Shown: positions 49,424 through 60,206, numbered from the stretch's first letter. The stretch is DNA of 64,000 nucleotides from Cyanobacteria bacterium P01_A01_bin.123 (GCA_039815185.1 JBCBZT010000032.1:1-64000), one strand, 5' to 3'. The notes: generated by a model not told the origin, from the letters alone. Program-made: numbers and translations.

Positions 49424-49942
49424 ATGGTCGCTGCTCCATCTCGTGCTACCGAAGCCGCTAAGAAATTCTATCCGACGCGCATTGATTTACCCGTAGAAGC
49501 GCGATCGCAGATTATTGAGCTTCTCAACCAAAGCTTAGCTGCCACCCTCGATCTCAAAACCCAAACCAAGCAAGCCCACTGGAACGTCAAAGGCATGGAC
49601 TTTTTCCAGCTCCATGAACTGTTTGACGAGATGGCTGGTGAGCTTGAGGAGTATGTAGATATGGTGGCTGAGCGAGTTACCGCCTTGGGAGGTACGGCAG
49701 TGGGAACGGCTCGGGTCGTCGCCGACAATTCCATTTTGCCGGAGTATCCCTTTGAAGCCGTCACCGGGGCTGAGCATGTCACTGCCCTGGCCGAACGGTT
49801 TGCCACCTACGCCAAGCATGTGCGTGAAGCGATTGACAAAACTGATGGGCTTGGCGATGCCGACACCGCCGATCTTTACACAGAAGTCTCTCGCACGGTT
49901 GACAAGCGTTTGTGGTTCCTAGAGGCTCATTTGGTTGGGTAG
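49424..49942 (+). CDS. dps: DNA starvation/stationary-phase protection protein
   Basis: KQAHWNVKG..F..LHELFD; DMVAERV; DKRLWFLEAH. Confidence 0.95.
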   Translation: MVAAPSRATEAAKKFYPTRIDLPVEARSQIIELLNQSLAATLDLKTQTKQAHWNVKGMDFFQLHELFDEMAGELEEYVDMVAERVTALGGTAVGTARVVADNSILPEYPFEAVTGAEHVTALAERFATYAKHVREAIDKTDGLGDADTADLYTEVSRTVDKRLWFLEAHLVG

Positions 49943-49988
49943 ACGCCGATCGATCCATCGCTTAAGCATCCGGAATGTGAAATCGTAG

Positions 49989-50022
49989 AATGTGGAGATG
50001 TGATGTGTCGCACCTCCACATT
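49989..50022 (+). terminator. Hairpin downstream of dps
   Basis: AATGTGGAG...CTCCACATT inverted repeat. Confidence 0.5.
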
Positions 50023-50109
50023 TCGCGTTCTTTGGAAGCGTGCTGATAGAATCCTAGCAATGGCCCTCCGGGGGCCATCTTTGACCACTGCACACTTTAC
50101 CCGCTGCCC

Positions 50110-50637
50110 ATGTCGTCTGTAAATCTCCCAGATTGGCCAGACTGGATTGCTGTTGATTGTCAGTACAGTGCTTTGACGCTAAAACTCCCTAAGGGTTGGC
50201 AGCGAGACGGGACGCGATCGCAGGCAAATGGCAGTACAGACATTTTTTTTGGCCCGACGGCCCAGCTGGCCGACAACGCCTCGGGATCTGCTTCAGAACC
50301 GCAGTTATTGGTGAAAACTATTCCCACCCCTGAGGGCGTGACAAATTTCCAGACGATCGCGGTAGCCTTAAAACAGCAACAGCTGGAGGCAGGTGGTGGC
50401 GAAGCCGTTCAGTCGTTAGCAGAAGAAACCATCACCATTGATAACCACCCAGCTAGACTCGATGTTTTTACCTATCAAGATGCCGCTTTGCAAACGACCG
50501 TGATGCAATGCCAAGCCTGTATTCAGCAGGCTGAGTCGGTGTGTGTTTTGATGGGCATGGCTCGGGGGCCTGAGCAGATGGACTATTTACAGTTGTTCCA
50601 GCATGCAGTGGCGGCGGTTCAAGTCAAAGATGATTGA
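50110..50637 (+). CDS. Hypothetical protein, possibly PsbP/Mog1/DcrB-like fold
   Basis: LKLPKGW N-terminal motif and EETITIDNHPA...F..AVAAV pattern. Confidence 0.6.
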   Translation: MSSVNLPDWPDWIAVDCQYSALTLKLPKGWQRDGTRSQANGSTDIFFGPTAQLADNASGSASEPQLLVKTIPTPEGVTNFQTIAVALKQQQLEAGGGEAVQSLAEETITIDNHPARLDVFTYQDAALQTTVMQCQACIQQAESVCVLMGMARGPEQMDYLQLFQHAVAAVQVKDD

Positions 50638-50897
50638 ACGGAGAGGGGGCACGATACGCCTACTCTGAATAGCCACAATTTCCGCAAAAGCGCCACCCAC
50701 ACTGTATCTACTTGGTGATCTCGGCTTTTCTATGGGTTAACTAGCTGTATGTAGCCCTATGCAATTTAGAAAATGCATGGTTAAAAAAGCCCAATCCCCA
50801 TTGGGTAGCCAATGTCCACCCAAGACAATGCCCTAATTTGTAGACATTCACGCTGTATCCGCAGTTCTCCCTTGTCTCTACTCCTCCCCATCTCCCT

Positions 50898-53552
50898 ATG
50901 TCTGCTTTGCGTTTCTTTCCCATTGCCAGCGTTTTTCTCCCCGCAGTGCTGAGTCTACCTCCAGCCCTGGCCCAAGCTTGCCCCCATGCGATTATCCGGA
51001 TTGAATCCAGCCAAAGCGTTGATCAAGGGGCAATTTGCGACGCAGCCCAGCCTTGGGCTGCTGAGGGGTATGACGTGTTTGTCTTTTTAACAGATGTCCA
51101 ACCCGCTAGCGAAGACGCTTGGTATAGCCTGTTAGATGGTGTTGAGGCTGAAGCTGGGCTGCGCGATTTGACCGAGGAGGATGGATTTAACACCAATGCG
51201 ATCGCCTTGGAAGCCACAACTGCCCCGGTACCCTTTGGGGTGTCATTGACCTATGGGGAAGACTTTTACGGCACCCCTTTAGACACGAATGATCAGGTTT
51301 TGAACGAGGTTCGCAACGCCCTTGAAGCTCAGCTAGAGCAAAACAATCCAACCCAGGCATTTGTAGAGGGTCTCAATTTGGCGCAGCAGGCGACCTTTGC
51401 TGGAACTGCCCCTAATGCTGCACCGACCCCTTTGCTTGAGCCAACTCTTGCGCCAGACGTAATTGCTGATGATCAGGGGAGTAATGGCTGGCGATCGCTG
51501 GTGGGTGGCGGCCTGATTTTGGGCGGTGGGACCGCTGGAGCGCTGAGCTATCGACGTAAGCGTCTGCGCAAAAAACTGGCGGATCTCCAGGGTAAAGCGG
51601 CAAACCTGATGATGATTTGCGAAGATCATCTCGCCGGGAATCAAACCGAGTTGATGATTCCTTACCAGCGGTTTGTCACCGTGGGTGGCGAGGTTTACCC
51701 AGATATGACTCGGCAGGTCAAAGCTTGGTTGCAAACCTGTCGCCAAGCTTTAGATGAAACCTTTGCCCTACATCAGCAGCTTAATGACGATGACAGTCTA
51801 TCCCTGACGAAGCAACTGGAAGCCTGGGAAGGGTTGTATATGATATTAGTGGGGAGCCGCGATCGCATTTTGAATCAAAGCGAAGCGCAACTGCAAAACC
51901 TGCTCAATCCAACGCTGACGGTCGCAGAGACTCAACTTGCCAGCCCTGGTCTGAGTCAAAAACTGACCCAGGTTCAGCAAAAGCTACAAGGTACGCCGAT
52001 TAAAGCCACCTTTACCCTGACCAAACCCAGCGATCAGGATTTAGAAGGCATTCTTGGCTACCTGGAACAGATCGAACAGCTGATTAACCGTCTGCGCAAA
52101 GCCCCCGAGCAGGCTGAAGAAAAACTGGCGCAGCTCAATCAGCAAAGACAGCAAATTGTGGCGACCCTCCCGGCCAGTTTGAACTTGTCTACGACCCAAG
52201 TGCTAGACAGCGCCGATCAACAGTTGGTCGAAGCCAAAACTGCCGCTGAAGCAGAGCGATATCTCGACACCCTGGCAATTGGCACACAGCTGACGGCGTC
52301 TTTCAAAACGCTAAGCCGATTGGCCCCTGTGTTTGACACTCACGACCAACAGCAAGCGCAAATTCAGGCTTGGGTGGCCCTGGGTTATCGTCCCCCGCAA
52401 CTCCCCCTGACCCAAAGGGTAGTGAATAAAACCCTAGAATCCCTTAAGGAGCGGCTGACCACCGGGAACTATGATGCCGCGGAGAAGACACTGAATCAAT
52501 TTGAAACCGACAGTGAAAATGCTTTCCAAACGGCTCAGCAGTGGCAGCAGCAGCACCAAGACAACATTGCTCGCCTAGGGGAGCTGCAATCCAGTTACGA
52601 CGATTCAGTCAGCTACCTGAATCAAACAGTTGCCCCAGCTTGGCAGACGCTACAAACCTACCCCGAAGGCAACTGGCAGGATATTGTCACCGCCATGCCC
52701 CAAGCCACTGAGTTGCTCAACACCGTAGCCCGTCAAGATTTACCCCAACTGGCTGAATTCAACAGTCTGGAGCATCAAGACTTTACTGCCTTTAAGCGTG
52801 AAACCGAAGCCACTGGACAACGGTTACACCAAATTCAGCAGCACTTCACCACGGTGACCAATCGCCTGCGGGCGATTCAAACGGCAGAGCAAAGACTGTC
52901 TCACGATTTTGTAGATACTACAGTCGCGATCGCCCATGTAGAAAATGCCTGCACTAAAAAGCTTTTGGGGCTGATTGCGGTTAGTAAACCCGATGGCCGT
53001 CTCGAAGTCGCTCAACAACAACTAGCTCAGGCTCAAACCTACCTCGGTCAGCGAGAAATCTGGGCGGCTCTCGAGACCCAAGATGAAGCCCGGCGATTGC
53101 TGCTGGTGGTTTATGGCGACGAACTCAATGCCCGTGGCGTGCAAGTTGCCAGCCTAGTCAATCAGCATAAGGCTAGGGGGGCAGGCCGCGCTAGTTTGAA
53201 TCAAGCCATCAACCAAATCAAAAGCGAAGCCGAAATTCGCAGCACCAGCCGACAAGCGTTGTGGCAGATGTACCACAACGCCAGCCAAGCTGAACAACTC
53301 TTAGCTGAGGCCAAACGCGCTGCCAACCAAGCCATCCGTCGATATAACTCGTCGTCGTCGCACTCAAGCTATAGTTACCGCAGCAGCAACACAGGATTCA
53401 GTCGCTCCACGAGTAGCAGGACGCGCTCGTCGAGTTCGTCGAGCTTTCGCTCATCAAGTTCTCGCTCGTCATCCCGGCGCTCGTCATCGAGTTCTCGCTC
53501 GTCATCCCGGCGCTCGTCATCCAGTTCCCGTGGGTCATCCCGCCGCCGATAA
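50898..53552 (+). CDS. Membrane protein: signal peptide, TPM-like extracellular domain, TM, long coiled-coil, Ser/Arg-rich tail
   Basis: 884 aa; TM near aa 200 followed by RRKRLRKK; Q/L/E-rich heptads; SSSRSSSRR repeats. Confidence 0.75.
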   Translation: MSALRFFPIASVFLPAVLSLPPALAQACPHAIIRIESSQSVDQGAICDAAQPWAAEGYDVFVFLTDVQPASEDAWYSLLDGVEAEAGLRDLTEEDGFNTNAIALEATTAPVPFGVSLTYGEDFYGTPLDTNDQVLNEVRNALEAQLEQNNPTQAFVEGLNLAQQATFAGTAPNAAPTPLLEPTLAPDVIADDQGSNGWRSLVGGGLILGGGTAGALSYRRKRLRKKLADLQGKAANLMMICEDHLAGNQTELMIPYQRFVTVGGEVYPDMTRQVKAWLQTCRQALDETFALHQQLNDDDSLSLTKQLEAWEGLYMILVGSRDRILNQSEAQLQNLLNPTLTVAETQLASPGLSQKLTQVQQKLQGTPIKATFTLTKPSDQDLEGILGYLEQIEQLINRLRKAPEQAEEKLAQLNQQRQQIVATLPASLNLSTTQVLDSADQQLVEAKTAAEAERYLDTLAIGTQLTASFKTLSRLAPVFDTHDQQQAQIQAWVALGYRPPQLPLTQRVVNKTLESLKERLTTGNYDAAEKTLNQFETDSENAFQTAQQWQQQHQDNIARLGELQSSYDDSVSYLNQTVAPAWQTLQTYPEGNWQDIVTAMPQATELLNTVARQDLPQLAEFNSLEHQDFTAFKRETEATGQRLHQIQQHFTTVTNRLRAIQTAEQRLSHDFVDTTVAIAHVENACTKKLLGLIAVSKPDGRLEVAQQQLAQAQTYLGQREIWAALETQDEARRLLLVVYGDELNARGVQVASLVNQHKARGAGRASLNQAINQIKSEAEIRSTSRQALWQMYHNASQAEQLLAEAKRAANQAIRRYNSSSSHSSYSYRSSNTGFSRSTSSRTRSSSSSSFRSSSSRSSSRRSSSSSRSSSRRSSSSSRGSSRRR

Positions 53553-53636
53553 GATTGCAACCGGGTCAGAGGGTTTCCCATTGGGTTCAATAAGATGAGA
53601 GAATATTAAACTAATGTTTACGTAACTTTACTTCCT

Positions 53637-53969
53637 ATGGCTGAAATTCAATTTATTCAGGGCGTTGCGGAAGAAACTGTCCCTGACATCCGGCTTACCC
53701 GTGCCCGCGACGGCAGCGACGGCACAGCCACCTTCTACTTTGAAAATCCTAAAGCCTTAGAAGGCAATGATGGCGAAATTACCGGTTTGTACTTGGTAGA
53801 TGAAGAAGGACGACTGACCAGTCGCAAGGTCAACGCCAAGTTTATTAACGGTGAACCAGCTGGCCTGGAAGCTGTTTATTTAATGAAAAGTGTGGAAGAG
53901 TGGGATCGGTTTATGCGCTTTATGGAACGATATGCCGAGAAAAACGATCTTGGCTTTTCTAAGAGTTAG
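53637..53969 (+). CDS. psb28: Photosystem II assembly protein Psb28
   Basis: [10 protein letters not shown]...[27 protein letters not shown]. Confidence 0.96.
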   Translation: MAEIQFIQGVAEETVPDIRLTRARDGSDGTATFYFENPKALEGNDGEITGLYLVDEEGRLTSRKVNAKFINGEPAGLEAVYLMKSVEEWDRFMRFMERYAEKNDLGFSKS

Positions 53970-54038
53970 GTTTTACATGGCTTCTTCTTGTGAATGCCTC
54001 AATGTCTTAGGTCTGTATACTAAACCTCGTTCACATCG

Positions 54039-54077
54039 AAAACCATGGGTTTTCCTAAAGCTAAAACCCATGGTTTT
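54039..54077. repeat. Intergenic inverted repeat
   Basis: AAAACCATGGGTTTT-N9-AAAACCCATGGTTTT. Confidence 0.6.
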
Positions 54078-54590
54078 AAGCTGCATGTGGTTTATTCGTC
54101 ACGGTGAACCGACAGCGGATCGCTGAACCCGATCCTGTCAATAACGGCGAACCCTTGCTGGATAAACGCCGAAGCATTTCCTTTAAGCCATCATCGTTGC
54201 AATCAAAACCAATAAAAAAGAGGTACTTTGCAGCACCTCTAATGCACAGACCCAATTCCAAGTTCTAGATTCTTAACCCAATGGTCTATTGACCATCGAC
54301 TGAGGCAAGCTGATTGGACTTACTTAAAGCCAACAGCCGCTTGCCACACAAAGGCTAAAAGCAGGAAGAATAAGGGAATCAGAGGTAGAACATCGACCAA
54401 TGGGTCGAACAACGAATAAGCCTCAGGCAACTTTGCTAGTAGCATGGCTGCTTCCATGGAAAACTCCGTCTCTCAAACACAATTTTAAGAATTGCCAAAT
54501 ATCGTAACATGTTCTGCGGATCATCCCGTGACAGAATTTGCAGTACTTTGGGAATATAAGACATGAGCAGTGTGTCCAATGGGGCGGCAA

Positions 54591-56339
54591 ATGAAACCGA
54601 TCAATAACCATGGACACAGCAGAGATTTGAGGCGATCGCTGGGGCAAGTTCTAACTGTGGCCGGACTTGGTTTTACAGGGAGCATGCTAACTCTCATGCC
54701 TGCGATGGCCAACTCTCCGCAAATCGCCCAGGCAACCTTTGAAACACTGGAAGATTTTGGCTATTGGGCCAATCTTTGCCGTCTTTCCGTCAGCGCAGCC
54801 GACTACGAAAATGCCTTAATGGCTTGTGAACAAGCGATCGCCTTGCGGCCCAATGATTCTGGGATGTGGGCTGAGCGCAGTGGCATTTTGTTACAGACTG
54901 AGGCTTATCCCGACGCGATCGCCTCTGCCAATAAAGCCCTCGAACTCGATGACGCTAACTCCCTCGCCCTGACCTACCGCTGCATGGCTTTCTCTGCCCT
55001 GGGTCAAAATGAACAGGCGCTTGATGCCTGTAATCAGGCGCTCCGGGTTGATGGTAACTGGGGTAGCCAATCGCCAGCACTGGCCTGGTTGCAGCGGGGC
55101 GTCATTCTTTTGGCCGATGTAGAGTATGAGCAAGCGATTGTGGCCTTCGATCGGACCCTGCTATTAGAGCCAGAAGACTCCCGTACCCTGGTGTATCGTT
55201 GCCAAACCCTGCTAGCGGTGGGGGATTACCCAGGGGCTGTCAACAGTTGCCAAAATGCCCTTGATGGTAATGGCAACTGGGGTATAGAGGGCCCTGCGAT
55301 CGCCCTGGCAACCCAAGGCCAAGCGTTGGTAGAACTGAGGGATTACACTGCTGCCAGTGCAGCCTTTGACGAATCCCTGCGGCTCGACCCCAGCCAAGCC
55401 GATACCTGGATTGCCCAGGGCAACCTGCTGGCCCAATTAGGCCAAGGCGAGCGATCGAGCCAACAAGAACGCTCCCGCGAGGCCTTGATTGCCTATACCC
55501 GTGCCGTAGAACTGCGCCCTACCGATGCCCAAGCACTGCTGGGGCAATGCACCATGTTCAATCGTGTCGGTGAGTATGACATGGCAGCAGCGGCTTGTTT
55601 AGCTGCCATTCAAGGGGATGGCAACTGGGGACGCGATCGCGAATTTGTTGATGCCCTCAACCAGCAAAGTATCGCTCTCACAGGACAGGGCAGCTACGAA
55701 GAAGCCTTGGCTGCGATTAACCGCGTCGTCGGCTTGCGTCCCGAAGATGCCCAAAGCTGGAACCACCAAGGCGTGATTCTGTGGTATTTGATGCGCTACG
55801 AGGCGGCGTTAAACGCCAATCAAAGGGCCCTCGATCTCAATCCAAATCTCGCCCTAGCCTGGTTCAATCGCGGCATTATCTTCCGCACGTTGCAACAACA
55901 CGAGCAAGCACTTGCGATGTACGACCAGGCGATTGACCTCGATCCGTTTTCGGCACCCGTGTGGGCCAATCGCAGCGTGGCCCTCTGGCATTTACAGCGC
56001 TATCAAGCGGCGTTAGAGTCGGCTGATCGGGCCATAACCATTGATCCAATGTCAGTGCAAGCCTTGTACAACAAAGGCGCGGCGCTGTCTTCCCTCGAAC
56101 GCCATGCAGAAGCTCTGGCTGCCTTTGAACAAGCCCTGCGGGTTGATCCCCGCAATGCCGACGCACTTACGGGACGGGGTATTGCCCTGGTTCGGTTGGG
56201 GCGTTTAGAAGAAGGGGGCGCAACTTTACAAGCAGCGTTGAGCATCGATCCAGCGCAACCCCTGGCCCAAGCCGCGCTGGTGTCCTTGCAACAGCTCATT
56301 CAAGAACAACAGCAGCAGCAGCAAATGATGATGCCTTGA
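54591..56339 (+). CDS. Exported tetratricopeptide-repeat protein
   Basis: Signal-like N-terminus; many TPRs; recurring DGNWG inserts; poly-Q tail. Confidence 0.9.
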   Translation: MKPINNHGHSRDLRRSLGQVLTVAGLGFTGSMLTLMPAMANSPQIAQATFETLEDFGYWANLCRLSVSAADYENALMACEQAIALRPNDSGMWAERSGILLQTEAYPDAIASANKALELDDANSLALTYRCMAFSALGQNEQALDACNQALRVDGNWGSQSPALAWLQRGVILLADVEYEQAIVAFDRTLLLEPEDSRTLVYRCQTLLAVGDYPGAVNSCQNALDGNGNWGIEGPAIALATQGQALVELRDYTAASAAFDESLRLDPSQADTWIAQGNLLAQLGQGERSSQQERSREALIAYTRAVELRPTDAQALLGQCTMFNRVGEYDMAAAACLAAIQGDGNWGRDREFVDALNQQSIALTGQGSYEEALAAINRVVGLRPEDAQSWNHQGVILWYLMRYEAALNANQRALDLNPNLALAWFNRGIIFRTLQQHEQALAMYDQAIDLDPFSAPVWANRSVALWHLQRYQAALESADRAITIDPMSVQALYNKGAALSSLERHAEALAAFEQALRVDPRNADALTGRGIALVRLGRLEEGGATLQAALSIDPAQPLAQAALVSLQQLIQEQQQQQQMMMP

Positions 56340-56512
56340 AAGATTCGACCTATGGCTAGGTGCTATCGACACCTGGGTTCAGGACAATAAGCCTGCAGTG
56401 AGCAAGCCAACTCCTGTTTTTCTAAGTTTTTCTAAAAAGATGGCGCGATCGCGCCTTTATGTCTGGAAATAAGCGCGATCGCGTAAGATTGGATCTACTC
56501 AATTTTATCGTC

Positions 56513-56722
56513 TTAAATACCTGGGATTTCAGATAGTTCACACTTTAGCTCTTCAACTGAGAAACGCATTGTTTCTTGCCATTCTTCGATAGTAAAATCA
56601 TAACCGTACTGCTGAGCCAGCAATACGAAATCATTAGGATTCGGCATTGCATTGAGCGCTTCTTTCAGGGAGGGATTGGCCTGAGCTTCCCGGTATAGGC
56701 GAACAATCTGTTCCTTAGCCAT
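56513..56722 (-). CDS. Nif11-like leader peptide family protein
   Basis: EAQANPSLKEAL...FVLLAQQYGYDFTIEE; GGAG RBS. Confidence 0.82.
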   Translation of the reverse strand: MAKEQIVRLYREAQANPSLKEALNAMPNPNDFVLLAQQYGYDFTIEEWQETMRFSVEELKCELSEIPGI

Positions 56723-57033
56723 TGCTACGATTCTCCGATAAGATTCACTATAAGCCTACTGGCTGAACTCAAAGATGTGCTAAATGTTAAACATTTTATA
56801 AGCGCTTGTCACGTTGTTTAATGTATTTGCTGAAAATGGGCTTGAGAAAATATAAACTGGCTGCTGCTTGAGTCATTCAAGGCTTTTAAGGGAGCGTCTT
56901 CCCAACCCAGATTGAATGACGATAATCATCGGTAAAACATTATTTAAACTGAGCAAATGCCGACAAAAAGCAGCGATAATTTTTCTATCAACCAGGGGCG
57001 TCCTGGGTGACTTGACTCAATTGGGGTAAATCG

Positions 57034-59469
57034 GTGGTTTTCCAACAGATTTCTCAAGCCATACTCAGACGTTATCTTTTGCGTTACCCAGAGCCAGTCC
57101 GGGTGGTGCGCTATAACGACTTGACCCAACAAGCCTGGTTGTTACCGTCGCTGAAGGCGATCGCGCCTGAAGTTTTACCGAATTCAACTGACGCTGAGAT
57201 TTCAAAGGCAGGGGATGCAAGTCGCTTGGTTGCAGATGCTGGGCTACAACCATCCAGACGGTACTACCACCAATACGCCTGTGAGATTGCGGATCCGCTC
57301 AACTGTGGCTTGGTCTTTGCTGCAGGACAGCAGAATCCGCAATGTACAGCCTGTAGCATCTGTGGATTCCCAGCCTTTTTGCCTGAGGGGAAGACAATCA
57401 TAGGGCGCTTGGGCACGTATCGGATTCAAAGCAGTTTAGGACGACGGGGACTAGGAAGACTTTACACTGCACGACAAAGCAAGTCAGAGCAGCAGGTGAC
57501 CATCAAGCAATATCTGTTGCCGGGTCAGTACTTTAGCGCCGAAGAACAACGCGAGCGGCAGGCGGCCTTTGTCAGTTTGGCAGGATTGAATCTAGCTGAT
57601 GGTCGGCAGCAAGCACTACGGGTGATTCGCCCCATCGAAGCGATCGCAGATCAAAAGACTGGCCAATGTTATTTGGTCACACCGATTGAAGATGCCCAAC
57701 CCACGCTGAATCAACAGTTAAAGCAGGGGCCGTGGACAGCGATTGAAGTGCGTCAATTTCTAGATCAAACCCTGCAGACCCTAGTAGGGCTGCATGAACA
57801 ACGATTTTCCTTACCTTTGGGACAGCTGCAAGCGGGCATTACCCACGGCAACGTGCAGCTTGAAAGCTGTTTGATGGTGGTTAAGGGAGCCCATCGATTC
57901 ATCTACTTAACAGATGTCACGCTGTGGGAACAGTTGTTTGACCCGACGCGTACCGATCCACCGCCCCCACAACCCCAAGCTGATTTGGAAGCGTTGGGCT
58001 ATACGGCGTTTTATCTGTTGCAGGGGGCCGTAGTGGATGGGGACGGCAATGTGCTCTCCCCCAACCTGGATTTACATTGGTTGCCGGTACATCCGCCGCT
58101 GAAGCAATTTATTTTGCAACTGGTTAACAGCGATCGCGACTTACCCAGCGCGACAGCAGCCCGCAATGCCCTCTTGAAAATTCCCCCAGAACCCACGCGC
58201 AGCCAGTATGCGGCGGCAGCAGAGATAGAACCCCAAAAGTCTCGGCGGTGGCTGGGATGGGTAGGGGTTTTGGTGGCAGCGTTGTTGCTGGCGACTGTCG
58301 GGACATTAATCTGGCTACTGGTGCGATCGCGGTTGGCAACCGTTGCCGCTGAAACCCCACCAGTGTGCTGCTTAGATGCAGTTGGAGCGGCCCCAGAAGG
58401 GACATTTTTGTACACCAGTGTAGTGGGAGATGGCTGGGCCAGATTTTGGATCGCTAATCGCCCCGTTCAAGCTATGGCGTCAGCCAATCAGTCTGAGAAC
58501 AGTGGGCCTGAGCTTGAGGACCCCGCCAGTACACCAACGGACTCTACCCAAGCAGAGCGGGTTCAGGCATCGACTGGGCAACTCCCGACTTTGGTTACCC
58601 AATTACGGCAGGGGCAACCCACCTTTCAGTTGGTCTATCAACCCAGCCAATCTTTTGAAATGGCGATCGCAGCAGTGCAGCAAGGCCAAGCCGCTTTTGC
58701 CGTACTGCCCCTGACCGAATCCATCCCGGAAGACCTACAGGCAGATGTGGTGGCCTACGATGGCCTGGTAGCGTTTGTGGCGTTTAATGCCCCCACGCGA
58801 TCGCGCGGCTTACCCAATGCCCTTAGGGGGCAAATCACCCAAGATCAGCTGGTGCAACTCTACACCGGAGAACTCACCGATTGGCAAAAAACGGCCCAGG
58901 TTACTTTGCCCCTGCAACTGTATTTACCAGAGGATCCCAGCGCTATTACCTTATTTGGCCAGCGGATCTTGCAAACCCCGGCTCAAATTGCAGCCTATGA
59001 AGCTTACATTCCCCAAACAGCAGGCGTTTTACCGCCCCTAGACATGCTGCGGACAATTATCAAAGACTTTGAAGTACGCACCGTCGGCAGTATCGGCTTT
59101 GCTCCCCTCAGCACGATTGCCAGCCAATGCTCGATTTATCCCCTGGCCATTCAAATCGATCGGGAGACGTCTATCCAACCGATGCGCCTCCGGACTGGAG
59201 AACCGATCAGCCCAGACACTAACCTCTGTGCTCGCAAAGGCAGCTACGGGCCTGATAGCGAAGCCTTCCGGCAGGAGATCTACCCCTTGGCCTACCCCAT
59301 TGCCGTGGTGTACGCCCGTGATAATCGCCGTCCCAAGGTGGGGGCTAAATTCACGGAGTTACTGCGAACGGTGGAAGGGCAGGAATTTTTACAACAAGCG
59401 GGCTTTGTCCCTTGGAAAGCAATACCTGAGCTACCTGCCGATGCCGATGCTCAGAACGAGAGCCGTTGA
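57034..59469 (+). CDS. Cys-rich + kinase-like + TM + PstS/PBP2-like substrate-binding fusion protein
   Basis: SLGRRGLGRLY; VTIKQY; THGNVQLES; TM; VAYDGLVAFVAF; YPLAYPIAVVY...EGQEFL..AGFVP. Confidence 0.82.
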   Translation: MVFQQISQAILRRYLLRYPEPVRVVRYNDLTQQAWLLPSLKAIAPEVLPNSTDAEISKAGDASRLVADAGLQPSRRYYHQYACEIADPLNCGLVFAAGQQNPQCTACSICGFPAFLPEGKTIIGRLGTYRIQSSLGRRGLGRLYTARQSKSEQQVTIKQYLLPGQYFSAEEQRERQAAFVSLAGLNLADGRQQALRVIRPIEAIADQKTGQCYLVTPIEDAQPTLNQQLKQGPWTAIEVRQFLDQTLQTLVGLHEQRFSLPLGQLQAGITHGNVQLESCLMVVKGAHRFIYLTDVTLWEQLFDPTRTDPPPPQPQADLEALGYTAFYLLQGAVVDGDGNVLSPNLDLHWLPVHPPLKQFILQLVNSDRDLPSATAARNALLKIPPEPTRSQYAAAAEIEPQKSRRWLGWVGVLVAALLLATVGTLIWLLVRSRLATVAAETPPVCCLDAVGAAPEGTFLYTSVVGDGWARFWIANRPVQAMASANQSENSGPELEDPASTPTDSTQAERVQASTGQLPTLVTQLRQGQPTFQLVYQPSQSFEMAIAAVQQGQAAFAVLPLTESIPEDLQADVVAYDGLVAFVAFNAPTRSRGLPNALRGQITQDQLVQLYTGELTDWQKTAQVTLPLQLYLPEDPSAITLFGQRILQTPAQIAAYEAYIPQTAGVLPPLDMLRTIIKDFEVRTVGSIGFAPLSTIASQCSIYPLAIQIDRETSIQPMRLRTGEPISPDTNLCARKGSYGPDSEAFRQEIYPLAYPIAVVYARDNRRPKVGAKFTELLRTVEGQEFLQQAGFVPWKAIPELPADADAQNESR

Positions 59470-59678
59470 ATCAGATCTATCAGGCTGATCTATTACGCCG
59501 CAGAGACACCATGCAAAGTATCCAAGGGGTGATCTGTATCAGCCCTATTGACCACTCCCATCACACCTCAACACCAAAATTGTCACTGCCCAGCAGATAC
59601 CTCAATCACCCACCGAATCGGGTATTCACGAGATTATTGATCTTGTCAGCACAAACACCCCATCCAGGAGCCCCCACC

Positions 59679-59855
59679 ATGAACTTTATTTATCGCGGCG
59701 TTGCTTTTAACGCGGGCGTTACCGGAACCCCCGCCCAGGAAACCGAACAAACCGGAACTTTCCTAGGGAAGCGCTACCAAATGAAACAAGCTCAAGTTGC
59801 TCACCGCCGGTCTGCGACTGAACTGAAGTATCGCGGCGTTAGCTACACCCGTTAG
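59679..59855 (+). CDS. DUF4278 small protein
   Basis: MNFIYRGVAF...GTFLGKRY...LKYRGVSYTR; AGGAG RBS. Confidence 0.85.
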   Translation: MNFIYRGVAFNAGVTGTPAQETEQTGTFLGKRYQMKQAQVAHRRSATELKYRGVSYTR

Positions 59856-59908
59856 GCCTCAGACATCAAAAGCTTCAAGCATTTCTCTCTCTAGTTTCCC
59901 AGTGAATC

Positions 59909-59936
59909 CCCCCACCTTTCCGGTGGGGGCTTTTTT
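59909..59936 (+). terminator. Rho-independent terminator
   Basis: CCCCCACC-tttcc-GGTGGGGG followed by a T6 tract. Confidence 0.85.
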
Positions 59937-60122
59937 CATGGATACCTTGTTGAGACTTGTTTTGAGGTTTGTTTATTAGTATCGACAATTTCACAGATAC
60001 TTCACAATCAATCTTGATTTCAGTTCGTTTGTAAAGGCATATCTAGTATTAGCAATCACCCCTATCAGGGAATCACTTTTCAATGTATAAATGGTCTTGA
60101 TCCCCTTCGTTTGAGGTAATCC

Positions 60123-60206
60123 ATGTTTTTTGCATTTTCACTTGGAGCCATCGTTGGGTGCATTCTCCTAGGAAGTTTGCTTCGTATCGCTACTACGTGG
60201 CATTAG
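60123..60206 (+). CDS. 27-aa hydrophobic microprotein
   Basis: MFFAFSLGAIVGCILLGSLLRIATTWH*, with GAGG RBS. Confidence 0.5.
   Translation: MFFAFSLGAIVGCILLGSLLRIATTWH

Noticed and set aside
53375..53590. Antisense ERELDDERR repeat ORF
   Set aside because: Mirror of the Ser/Arg tail on the plus strand
56443..56483. GCGCGATCGCG inverted pair as a special element
   Set aside because: HIP1-based hairpin between convergent genes, most likely a terminator
59600..59678. Glutamine riboswitch upstream of the DUF4278 gene
   Set aside because: Context is suggestive but I cannot fold a convincing motif; needs an Rfam covariance search
59466..59678. Longer 129-aa version of the DUF4278 ORF
   Set aside because: The RBS and family motif support the ATG at 59679
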